Virus record (IMG/VR): IMGVR_UViG_2920277478_000005
Location: 687 to 64,686 of that record
Direction: 5' to 3' (one strand)
Length of the DNA stretch: 64,000 bases
From: a virus
Lineage: Duplodnaviria > Caudoviricetes
Under the pieces are notes generated by a model. That model ran no database searches. It was not told the DNA's origin and saw only the letters and a list, made by a program, of their open reading frames with translations. Positions 44,455-52,973 of this stretch are shown one piece after another; the first letter of the stretch is position 1; every line of letters starts with the position of its first letter. Position numbers and translations under genes: made by a program.

Positions 44455-45549
44455 TTACGCCTCCCTTATCGCAACCGGAAGCACCATGGCTTTCATGTCG
44501 CTGTCCTCTGCTTCCACAATCATCGGTGTTCTTGGGCTGGTGAAGCCCAGTGCAATATTGTCACAGGTAAAAGCTTTCAGCGTTTCAAGAACCAGTTTGG
44601 AATCAAATCCCAACCGTATGGATTTGCATACGGTTTCCTGGAGCGGTACCTGTTCCTGATAATCTGCCAATTTATCCCGAATACTGATATTCAGCACATC
44701 GTCTTCTATCTGGAATACTGCCGGCTGCTTTTCCTCTGTACACATCTTTGCTCTGGTCATTGCTCCGATCAGGGCCGTGCGAGATGCACATGTATTGATT
44801 TCGCCATCAGTAAACATCTTCTGATACGGAAAATAATTTCCTGTGATCAATCTGGTATAGATGGTGTATTCGTCAGATTTGAATACTGCACTGTTTTTGG
44901 TGTATGTAAGTGTCACATCGTCGATCACGCCCATGGAAATCAACTTCTTGGCGGTTGCCTTCGGCACGATCAGTTTCATGTCCTTTGCGCCTTCTGCTTT
45001 AACAGAATCTACTGCGACCACGTGCCCGTCCAGTGCGGCAAGGGAAACTCCGCTGTCTGTACCCTCAAAATAAATTCCGGTCATCTGTGTATTCGCACCG
45101 CCGTCAGCTGCTGCATAAATAACATGACCTATAGCCTCCATGATCTTTTTGCCATTCAATTCCACTCCATCCGCTTCCGGATCCTCTGTAATATCAAAAT
45201 TGAATTCTTCCGGAGGATAACTCTGGTATTTATTTTTAATTGCTCCTATCTTGATCATAACTACATTCTTGTCAGTTGCGCTGATGTCGATTTCTCCATC
45301 TGGAAGATTTTTAATCAAGTCAAAGGCTTTCATTGGAATAATAAAATAACTGCCTTCTGAGGCCTCTAATTTGACCTTCATTGTGATCTCGGAGTTGGAG
45401 GCGATTAAATACCCGTCCTTTACCAGAATTCCTCCCAGAGCCGGAAACTGGTCATTCTTCTGCACAATACTTTTTAATTTGTCAATAACTCTGGCAATCT
45501 CATACTTCTGTACTTTCATCTTCATTCCTTTCCCGGAGGACAATACCAT
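44455..45549 (-). CDS. dnaN: Phage-encoded DNA polymerase III beta sliding clamp
   Basis: Three-domain pattern; LAALDGH, YTRLITGNYFPY, LGFDSKLV, MVLPV C-terminus. Confidence 0.88.
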   Translation of the reverse strand: MVLSSGKGMKMKVQKYEIARVIDKLKSIVQKNDQFPALGGILVKDGYLIASNSEITMKVKLEASEGSYFIIPMKAFDLIKNLPDGEIDISATDKNVVMIKIGAIKNKYQSYPPEEFNFDITEDPEADGVELNGKKIMEAIGHVIYAAADGGANTQMTGIYFEGTDSGVSLAALDGHVVAVDSVKAEGAKDMKLIVPKATAKKLISMGVIDDVTLTYTKNSAVFKSDEYTIYTRLITGNYFPYQKMFTDGEINTCASRTALIGAMTRAKMCTEEKQPAVFQIEDDVLNISIRDKLADYQEQVPLQETVCKSIRLGFDSKLVLETLKAFTCDNIALGFTSPRTPMIVEAEDSDMKAMVLPVAIREA

Positions 45550-46051
45550 CGAGGTATTTCACCACTCCGTTTGAATATTTGATCCTGTAAGGTTCCAGCT
45601 CCTCCCGGTTCATGTACTTGTGTCCGTAAATCTTCTTCATGTCCCGGAACACCACCCACGGAACTCGGTAGAATTCTTTAAATTCCAGAGACACAACCAA
45701 AAAGCACATTGCTCCAAGCTTCATATACCGTTCAAAGCACGCCTGCTGTTCAGCAGTAACTACATCTCTGCCGATCTTATCCTTGTCCGTATGTTTTGCA
45801 TCAAACAAGATCATGGTTGAATCCATGAGAATTCCTTTGAAATCAGGCTGAGCCTGTTTAGTGAAGCAGCAGATGAACTGACCTCTGTTCCTGTCCATTG
45901 CCTTCAGTACCTTAAATGCTTCCGGAGTTTTATCCACTGCTGCGATTCCTCTTTCTTCATAGAATCTGGATGCCGCAATTATCATTCCCTCAAAATGTTC
46001 CCCGTTAGATCTGCTCTGCAGACCTCTTATCGAACGCTTATAAGTATCCAT
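45500..46051 (-). CDS. recU: Holliday junction resolvase RecU
   Basis: GEHFE...DKTPE...QPDFKG...FDAKHT. Confidence 0.85.
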   Translation of the reverse strand: MDTYKRSIRGLQSRSNGEHFEGMIIAASRFYEERGIAAVDKTPEAFKVLKAMDRNRGQFICCFTKQAQPDFKGILMDSTMILFDAKHTDKDKIGRDVVTAEQQACFERYMKLGAMCFLVVSLEFKEFYRVPWVVFRDMKKIYGHKYMNREELEPYRIKYSNGVVKYLDGIVLRERNEDESTEV

Positions 46052-46325
46052 TTTCTTCCGCTACCTTTATGAGTTTGTTTATTGTTACTGCTCCAATTCC
46101 CGGAATCTTATTCAGCTGAAGGAATGCGATAAACTCCTTTGCTCCCTCTCCGGTTTTTGGAGCACTGGCTTTTCCACAATTAAAGCCCTCACTTCGTGCT
46201 TTTTCCACACGATCTTCCACATAATGCACAAGCTGTTCGTCTGTCTTCTTTCTCATTTCCACAGCTTTTTTATGAATAAGGTTTTCATCAGTTGTTCTTC
46301 TACAGCTTCTCTTTGCCATCTTCAA
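46038..46325 (-). CDS. Hypothetical protein with C-terminal HhH-like motif
   Basis: KIPGIGAVT. Confidence 0.6.
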   Translation of the reverse strand: MKMAKRSCRRTTDENLIHKKAVEMRKKTDEQLVHYVEDRVEKARSEGFNCGKASAPKTGEGAKEFIAFLQLNKIPGIGAVTINKLIKVAEENGYL

Positions 46326-47313
46326 TCTCCTTTTTATTTTCCAGGTCCGGCACCGGTATATTGTGACTAGTCAGCCATTTCGCAAAGCAGGAATGACACA
46401 TATGGCCAAACGATGTCGCCTTGCCGCCCCTGACCGCTCTTGCTGTCAAGGTAACCATCTTGTTTTTATCTTCTGTCTTTCCGCACAACATACAGTTGCC
46501 ACTGAGTTTTTTATTGACTTTCTCGCTTCTTTTTCGAATCTGCAGTTCCTTCGGATAATCCCTGCGCATATTCTTCTCACCAACAATCGGAATCAGACTG
46601 TCTTTCATAAATACCGGTATCCCGTTGTAATCAGCTTCTACAACGATTCTCTTGATCCATTCGAATTCAGGAATCACTTTCTCTTTCCTGTGTCCTGTCT
46701 CGGCACCGATGATTATCCAGTTCAAATATTTCAGTGCGGAAATGTTTTCATCTATATCTTCGAGCAATGGCTCTATACTGGCGAAAGTGTTTAACAGGTT
46801 TGGAAGCTGGTATATCCGTTCCATGTCCTCACTATTCGTCACAGTTGTTCCGTACCACATATTCCCTTTCCCAGAAGGCACACCGTACTGGGTGTACCTT
46901 TTCGGATTCTTTGTGAGAAACAGGTAATTGTGCTGAGGATGTTTTGCACAAGTGTAAAGGACATCCTCTATCCAACTGTCAGGAATCCACTCTCCAAATA
47001 TGTCTGCCATTGCTCCAACAAATATATTTTGCCCCTGTTTCAGCTTGTCCAGTGTGTCATATCTGTATATGTGTAATGTCGGTTCAAACCCAAATGGATA
47101 TATGACAGGCTTTCCATCCTCATTCATGAACGGTTTATCCAGGACAAACAGATCTCCCTCCATTCGATATTGGTCTGTCTGGACCATATTTCTTTTCATA
47201 TTTCCACAAAAACGGAGTGACATCTTGTCAGCGTAGCAGTAAGAACAACCATGCCGACAACCGGTAATTGGATTCCATGTATGATCGCACCATTCGATAC
47301 CGCTCTTATTCAT
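46300..47313 (-). CDS. DUF5131 (gp37/gp68) family protein
   Basis: IEWCDHTWNPITGCRHGCSYCYA, IFVGAMADIF, LFLTKNP, WIIIGAETG. Confidence 0.88.
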   Translation of the reverse strand: MNKSGIEWCDHTWNPITGCRHGCSYCYADKMSLRFCGNMKRNMVQTDQYRMEGDLFVLDKPFMNEDGKPVIYPFGFEPTLHIYRYDTLDKLKQGQNIFVGAMADIFGEWIPDSWIEDVLYTCAKHPQHNYLFLTKNPKRYTQYGVPSGKGNMWYGTTVTNSEDMERIYQLPNLLNTFASIEPLLEDIDENISALKYLNWIIIGAETGHRKEKVIPEFEWIKRIVVEADYNGIPVFMKDSLIPIVGEKNMRRDYPKELQIRKRSEKVNKKLSGNCMLCGKTEDKNKMVTLTARAVRGGKATSFGHMCHSCFAKWLTSHNIPVPDLENKKEIEDGKEKL

Positions 47314-47542
47314 TGGCCAGCCTCCTTCCTGCATGTTCAAGGATTTTTTCTTCTTCCCACTTCACTTCGGAGAAGTCAATCTTCTGTCCACACTCGCTAC
47401 AATATTTCGGTTGAAAGTTCGGCCCCGCATTCAACACATGATTACATCTAGGACAATAACAAGGCTTATGCTCCACATATGTGAATCCGTATTTCCGGTA
47501 AACTTCCGTTCTTACAACTGGTTTTCGTGCTATGAATTTCAT
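47306..47542 (-). CDS. Small zinc-ribbon protein
   Basis: CPRC...YCSECGQKIDF. Confidence 0.65.
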   Translation of the reverse strand: MKFIARKPVVRTEVYRKYGFTYVEHKPCYCPRCNHVLNAGPNFQPKYCSECGQKIDFSEVKWEEEKILEHAGRRLANE

Positions 47543-47736
47543 CACTCCACCTTCTCTCCATACTCGATCACGTATTCGTACTGAGCTGATTTTCTGTTTT
47601 CGCCTCCGGGAACTTCTTTTCTGACAATCTGGACTGCATATCCTGCTTTTGCCAGCATGGAAACCATCTGCAATCGGTCTTCTTCGTTCCACTGAACGCT
47701 TCCTTTTCGAATACTTCTGATGCTCTGCTTCGCCAT
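47542..47736 (-). CDS. Hypothetical protein
   Basis: DRLQMVSMLAKAGYAV. Confidence 0.6.
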   Translation of the reverse strand: MAKQSIRSIRKGSVQWNEEDRLQMVSMLAKAGYAVQIVRKEVPGGENRKSAQYEYVIEYGEKVE

Positions 47737-49901
47737 TATCCGCACTTCCTTTCCATCTTTTCTTCTCGTTCTTTCATCAGCTTCTCAAATGCAGCTACAA
47801 AAGCTTTTACCGATGCCGGCATCCCACAGTTGTGATTTCCCCTGCACTGGATCACGCGACCATTGTTATATTCCATTGTGAAATATGGTGTATCAGGTTC
47901 TTCCACTCTGCGCACAAAGAAGATGTGTGTCTGCCCTTTGGCCACTCGGTCAACGTAAGTTCCAACACAATGGTGAAGGGCAGCTCCTTCATTCTTGATT
48001 TCCTGTGTATCTCTTGGCACTCTCAATATCAATCCTTTTCCTTTTATCAAGAAAGCGTTGTCTATGCCGGCATTCTCTTTGAGCATTTCCTCCAGAAGTT
48101 TTTTCATGACCTCGGCTTCCCGCTTTATCCGTTCATCTTCCCGGCGTTTCTTTTCCGCTGCCTTTTTATCCTGCAATGCTTGATATTCCGCAGCTGTCCG
48201 ATCATGTACTTTCTTGAAATTCTTCGGAAAATAGAAGAACATATTGTTGAGATCATATTTCAGTTCTTTGCACCAGTTCAAATAATCAAGCCAGTCCTTA
48301 GCGCAATTCTGCAGACGTTCTTCTCTGATATCCGGTCTTTCTTTACACTGCATATAGGAATATCGCCAACATTGTCCGCTCTCTCCCACGCGATAATCAG
48401 CACCTTCGCGTTCAATATATCTGCAGATCTTATGGATGGTCGATTTCCTGTTCTCCTTCCGGATCAGCGTTGTGTTGCATCCGAAAAGTTTATAGAACCG
48501 TTCCAGTTCTTCCGCTTTTAGGTTGTAACCAGAGCTTTGCGCTTCCTGCAATAATCTCAGTTCATCAATGTTTCCATCAATAGACTGCAGTATTCGCGTG
48601 TTTTCCTTCGTAAGGCCAAGAATTTCAAATATTGTTTTTCCACTTTTTCTCAGTCCCCTAATTCCATTCCGGCTTTCATACCCAAAAGCACCATCGTGAA
48701 ACTCGTTGATCAGATGTGCGGCCAGTTTATACAATCCCATTTTTATAAACCATTCAAGCTGCGGAAACTCCCTGTATCTGTTGATTGCCTTTGCATAATG
48801 TATCTGTTCACTCGGTCTATTCTCTGCCAAAATTTCCAGCGCCGAGTATTTCATCGGAGTATCTTTCCATGCTTCCGGCAGGTTTCCGGGATATAAGGTG
48901 CAGTATGAACTTGCTCTGTATCCTTCATCTGTGCACCACCGTACAATACCAGTCTGTTTATACTCTCTGTATTCATAACTGCTGGTGCATGGCGTTCCGT
49001 TCGGTGCAAATTTGTAAAATGTCCTTACAATCTCGAATAATCCATCATTTATCTTTCCATCCGGCTTTACTTCTCTATGTGCCGTAAAATATCGCCACAG
49101 AAATCCCTCTTCTCTTGGCTCAATGAATGAAACTATCCTTTCGTCCCATATATGCATCGGCATCCTGCCTCTGGCCTTGATAGTGACCGGGCTCCCGCAA
49201 AGAGGACATATCCCTTTTTCATTATTTCTCAATCGAATTTTCGTTCTGTCCACCAATGTAACCTCATTGCAATGGGTGCAACGCACCAGAGCCTCATTCT
49301 TTGACCTTGCTGAGTAGATAAGATATCTGCTGAACGACATCGCCTTTTCTGATACCCATTTCTTGAAGTCTTCCGGAATTTCCTTGACCGTTTCCATGAC
49401 TGAATCAATAGGATTTGTCTCCTTGGCATGTCTTTCATCAAGACGTTTTTGTCTGACCATATCCTGAAAACGCTCCACTGCTGTCCAGTCTTTTACATCT
49501 TTCTCAGTGCTCCATTCCTTGAAAAAACTACGCATACGATCAATGTCTGCATCCGTCCAGAAGAACATATTCGGCGTCCATCTGCCTGTACTTTCTTTGT
49601 AATCCCAATGATGTTCATAAAGGCTGATATCATACATTCTGTCATAAGCTGCAGTCAGCCATTTCACTTTTTCAACAGTCAGATCCTGTGATATGTAATC
49701 ATTCTTGGAAAAAAACGTTCTTAACTGAGCGCTCTTTTCTCCTTTTTTCAAATTCCGGATTGGATAGAATGTCACCATCAAAAGATCTTTTTCTATATCT
49801 CTGGTCGTTACAATATGTGTGCCCGCAGCTCTTTCGGCAAACCTGACCATTTCGTCCGTAGCTTCCTCTCTCGGAATCTTCGCCAATTTTCTCTTTTCCA
49901 T
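47736..49901 (-). CDS. PcfJ-like protein
   Basis: DYLNWCKELKYD...FPKNFKKVHD...EGAALHHCVGTYVDRV...YFTME. Confidence 0.9.
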   Translation of the reverse strand: MEKRKLAKIPREEATDEMVRFAERAAGTHIVTTRDIEKDLLMVTFYPIRNLKKGEKSAQLRTFFSKNDYISQDLTVEKVKWLTAAYDRMYDISLYEHHWDYKESTGRWTPNMFFWTDADIDRMRSFFKEWSTEKDVKDWTAVERFQDMVRQKRLDERHAKETNPIDSVMETVKEIPEDFKKWVSEKAMSFSRYLIYSARSKNEALVRCTHCNEVTLVDRTKIRLRNNEKGICPLCGSPVTIKARGRMPMHIWDERIVSFIEPREEGFLWRYFTAHREVKPDGKINDGLFEIVRTFYKFAPNGTPCTSSYEYREYKQTGIVRWCTDEGYRASSYCTLYPGNLPEAWKDTPMKYSALEILAENRPSEQIHYAKAINRYREFPQLEWFIKMGLYKLAAHLINEFHDGAFGYESRNGIRGLRKSGKTIFEILGLTKENTRILQSIDGNIDELRLLQEAQSSGYNLKAEELERFYKLFGCNTTLIRKENRKSTIHKICRYIEREGADYRVGESGQCWRYSYMQCKERPDIREERLQNCAKDWLDYLNWCKELKYDLNNMFFYFPKNFKKVHDRTAAEYQALQDKKAAEKKRREDERIKREAEVMKKLLEEMLKENAGIDNAFLIKGKGLILRVPRDTQEIKNEGAALHHCVGTYVDRVAKGQTHIFFVRRVEEPDTPYFTMEYNNGRVIQCRGNHNCGMPASVKAFVAAFEKLMKEREEKMERKCG

Positions 49902-49912
49902 GCGACAGCCTC

Positions 49913-50680
49913 CTACAGAAGATCAAACAATGACATCTGTCCAGACAGTTCGCTGCTTTTGGTACTGGTTTTTTCAGCTTTCCGCTGCTTAGAAGCAGCA
50001 TCTTTTTTCACTGGCTTTTCAGAAATCTGAGGTTTATCTTTTGTTTCCTGTGATTTTTTCTCATTATCTGTGATTTTTTTGGTAGTTTTTGTTGGTGCGA
50101 TCGGCTTTTTTGTTATCACAGGCTTTTTACCTTTTTCCTTTTTAACAGGTTCCTGTTTTTCATATTTGTGGTAATAATCCTCGGCCCATTCATACACAAC
50201 CCGGTCTTCAACTGCTGTACTTCTACCATTCGACTGCTTCCTGGCCTGTTCAACGATATAACTAAAGCACTTGTTCCAGGTCTTTCCCTCCTGCATCACA
50301 TCTTCAGCAAGCCCCTGATCCTCTTCGCATCTTTTCATCAGGTAAGTAATGACCGGATCCGCAAAGTTCTTCTGAGTTGCTTTTTTCTTTTCTGCTTCCA
50401 GCTTTTCTCTGGCTTTCTGTTTTACCGGCTTTGCGTTTTCAGCTTCTGCCGCTTCAACTTCTTCTTTTGTCGGAGCTGGAATCCCGGAAACAATATCAGC
50501 AAGAGAGGCTTTTCCCATTGGAACTGTATCCTCTTCCTTTGATTCATCGCCTTCCTGGGCCTCTAATTTGCCCTCTGTCGGTTTCTCTTCCTGTTCCCCT
50601 ATTGTTTCACTGCCTGCAACCGTTCCCGCCTCTAAACGGTCAGTATCAGCTTCAAGTTCCTGTTTTAACTGTTCTGACAT
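49913..50680 (-). CDS. PcfK-like protein
   Basis: YLMKRCEED...CFSYIVEQARK...VYEWAEDYY; ends GQMSLFDLL. Confidence 0.8.
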   Translation of the reverse strand: MSEQLKQELEADTDRLEAGTVAGSETIGEQEEKPTEGKLEAQEGDESKEEDTVPMGKASLADIVSGIPAPTKEEVEAAEAENAKPVKQKAREKLEAEKKKATQKNFADPVITYLMKRCEEDQGLAEDVMQEGKTWNKCFSYIVEQARKQSNGRSTAVEDRVVYEWAEDYYHKYEKQEPVKKEKGKKPVITKKPIAPTKTTKKITDNEKKSQETKDKPQISEKPVKKDAASKQRKAEKTSTKSSELSGQMSLFDLL

Positions 50681-51498
50681 TTGTATTCTCCTTTCTCGAA
50701 ATCAAAATAAAAAGTAATCTTCCCAGGGTTGCGTTCTTCAATCGGAGTTATCCATGAGCCGCATATTTCTTTAAATATCTGAACCTGCCGTCTACAGTTC
50801 CATTCTTCCCTAAAATAAAACGGTGTGTACCAGAATTCCTGTCCTGGCTTTTCAACCGGCATCAGTGGATCTCCGCACACCGGATTGGATATCGTATTTG
50901 CAACAGCCACCCAGCCTGCGCACCCAAGAAGCGAAAGCTGTATGTAACACATCTGGGCAACTACCCTGTCTATGTCATTGGCAGTGAACAAAACCCGTGT
51001 CTGATAATTTATCTTTTTTCTGTGGAATATGTTTGCCGCTGCTACAAGAGTTGCTCCTGCTCCACACGCCGGATCATTGACAGATATCCATTCCTGTTTT
51101 TCCAATGTCTGTACATTGTCATTGATTGTTATGCTTGCCATACATTCACAGACATTGTATGGTGTAAAAAACTGCCCTTTCCAGTGGTTCCCTAGCTCAA
51201 GGCTCATGTACAGTTTTCCAAGAAAGTCCTGATCTGGATTGCGTTCCAGTGCCTCAACCACAATCGCAAAGCATTTGGCCGGCTTCTCTACCCCGCCAAG
51301 GCGTTTTATGCACTCTGCATATTCTTTCTCTCTTGCAGTGTGTCTCGGTTCCGTCTTATCCACCGAATTCGCCAGTGTGCAAGCCATTGCCGCCATTAGA
51401 TCGGCCCACACCTGCCATGAACTCCGGCTGTAACACAGTTCTTGAAAGACTTTTATGAATTCTTTCTCTGTTCCCTGTATTTTCTCTATCTGCTCCAT
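50665..51498 (-). CDS. N-6 DNA methylase-like SAM-binding protein
   Basis: GQFFTPY, NDPACGAG, NDID; no NPPY/F/W motif. Confidence 0.7.
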   Translation of the reverse strand: MEQIEKIQGTEKEFIKVFQELCYSRSSWQVWADLMAAMACTLANSVDKTEPRHTAREKEYAECIKRLGGVEKPAKCFAIVVEALERNPDQDFLGKLYMSLELGNHWKGQFFTPYNVCECMASITINDNVQTLEKQEWISVNDPACGAGATLVAAANIFHRKKINYQTRVLFTANDIDRVVAQMCYIQLSLLGCAGWVAVANTISNPVCGDPLMPVEKPGQEFWYTPFYFREEWNCRRQVQIFKEICGSWITPIEERNPGKITFYFDFEKGEYKCQNS

Positions 51499-51502
51499 GC
51501 TG

Positions 51503-52129
51503 TCACCTCTTGAATCCGTGTTCCCGCATTAGCATATCTATATACTCTGGTGTCGCACGTTCTGGTTCTTCTTCTATCTGGTCCCGGTGCTGTTGTTCTA
51601 TTGCCGCATTTTCGTGTGTGGTAAGCTGTGCAATATATTTATTTTTCGCTTCCAGAATACTCGGAGGAAGCTTTGCATCATTCGTCTTGCGCTCGATCAG
51701 GGTTGAATATATCTTGAAGAAATGCGCTCGGACAGCATCCTGGTTCTCATCAAGGCATATCTCCCGGAAGCCAAGCCGCTTTACCGCCTCTCTGACTATT
51801 GGTGTCAGGCTTTCCAGTGCCTCTTCCTGCCTGTAATATCCATACTGGCTGATGGCCTTCTGGACTTCTCCCCAGGCTTTTCCCTGGTCTTTGAGGTGTG
51901 GAACTGTGTATTCTGCACATTTCTCCCGTATCTCAGATATCTGCGGCGGGTATGTATGAGTGGCAAACAGTTCCATCAATGCTGTTTCGCAAAGCTTGTA
52001 ATCCAGATCCCCCAACATGCGGTACCACATTCTGATGCTATACTGATCTGGCATGACATTGAATGTCGGATATGCGCTTTTGATTGAAGCCCTGATAAGA
52101 TCAAATTCCTGTTGCGTCACTTCCATCAC
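51503..52129 (-). CDS. Replicative helicase loader/inhibitor (G39P-like)
   Basis: WYRMLGDLDY...YPPQISEIR; follows replication initiator. Confidence 0.75.
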   Translation of the reverse strand: MMEVTQQEFDLIRASIKSAYPTFNVMPDQYSIRMWYRMLGDLDYKLCETALMELFATHTYPPQISEIREKCAEYTVPHLKDQGKAWGEVQKAISQYGYYRQEEALESLTPIVREAVKRLGFREICLDENQDAVRAHFFKIYSTLIERKTNDAKLPPSILEAKNKYIAQLTTHENAAIEQQHRDQIEEEPERATPEYIDMLMREHGFKR

Positions 52130-52961
52130 CTGTCCCTTTGTACCATCCAGCTGTTGCCTCCATGTATTGACTGGTAGACATATTTCGTGTTGCGGCCGGC
52201 GCTTGTGTCACAGGAGTTCTGGAGGCAGGCATTGAATTCTGTGAACGTTCTAACCAACCAGTGATAAATCTCTTGATCCCTCTCGGTGTTTTGCGATTAC
52301 GAGGGTGGCTGTCAAGCCATGCCGCCATTGATCTAAACTCCTGTTCAACATCCAGTGCCGGAAACAGTTCCCTCAGTGAATTGAGGTAATCAAAGGTCAC
52401 ATCATAGTTTCCTGAGCCTGTAACCAGCGGAAGAGAGATGAACGTGTTCTGCTTGGAGTCTTTAAGCTCCAAGCTAATGTTTTTATTATCTTTCTTTATC
52501 TCTTTCTCTATCTCTTTCTCTATCTCTTTCTCTATCTCTCCGTTACAGATTTGTTTCACTTCGTTACAGCCCGTTACATCAGTGTTACATTGTAACGCTT
52601 CTTTGCTTCTATATTTCCTTACACGAGCTGCGCTTGTACTCTCGGAACCCGTCATTTTAGCGCATTCTGACAGCGAATATTCGGTTTCGTCAATCAACTG
52701 CATGAGGTCCTGCTGAATCAAAAACATAACCGTCACTCTGACATTTTCGACTTCTTCATCCAGATCAAGGGCAAGCTCGTCATAGAATGTTGCTTCTACT
52801 CCCTCGAAGTAAAGTCTCCCATCCTGTTTCATTGCTACAAGAAGCATTTTCAGGTAAATAATTGTGTAGGTGTCTCCTCCGGCAATCTTCCGAAGTTTTT
52901 TGATAGCCTTCTGACGGAAAAATCCGTCAGGAAGCTTTAACCAATAATATCTTTTCGCCAT
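52101..52961 (-). CDS. Phage replisome organiser / replication initiator
   Basis: MAKRYYWLKLPDGFF...IIYLKML. Confidence 0.9.
   Translation of the reverse strand: MAKRYYWLKLPDGFFRQKAIKKLRKIAGGDTYTIIYLKMLLVAMKQDGRLYFEGVEATFYDELALDLDEEVENVRVTVMFLIQQDLMQLIDETEYSLSECAKMTGSESTSAARVRKYRSKEALQCNTDVTGCNEVKQICNGEIEKEIEKEIEKEIKKDNKNISLELKDSKQNTFISLPLVTGSGNYDVTFDYLNSLRELFPALDVEQEFRSMAAWLDSHPRNRKTPRGIKRFITGWLERSQNSMPASRTPVTQAPAATRNMSTSQYMEATAGWYKGTGDGSDATGI
52498..52596. repeat. Putative replication origin: GTTACA iterons plus 12-bp tandem repeat
   Basis: CGTTACA at 52541, 52562, 52572; TGTTACA at 52583; inverted TGTAAC at 52591; TCTCTTTCTCTA x3. Confidence 0.5.
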
Positions 52962-52973
52962 AAGTTCCTCCGC

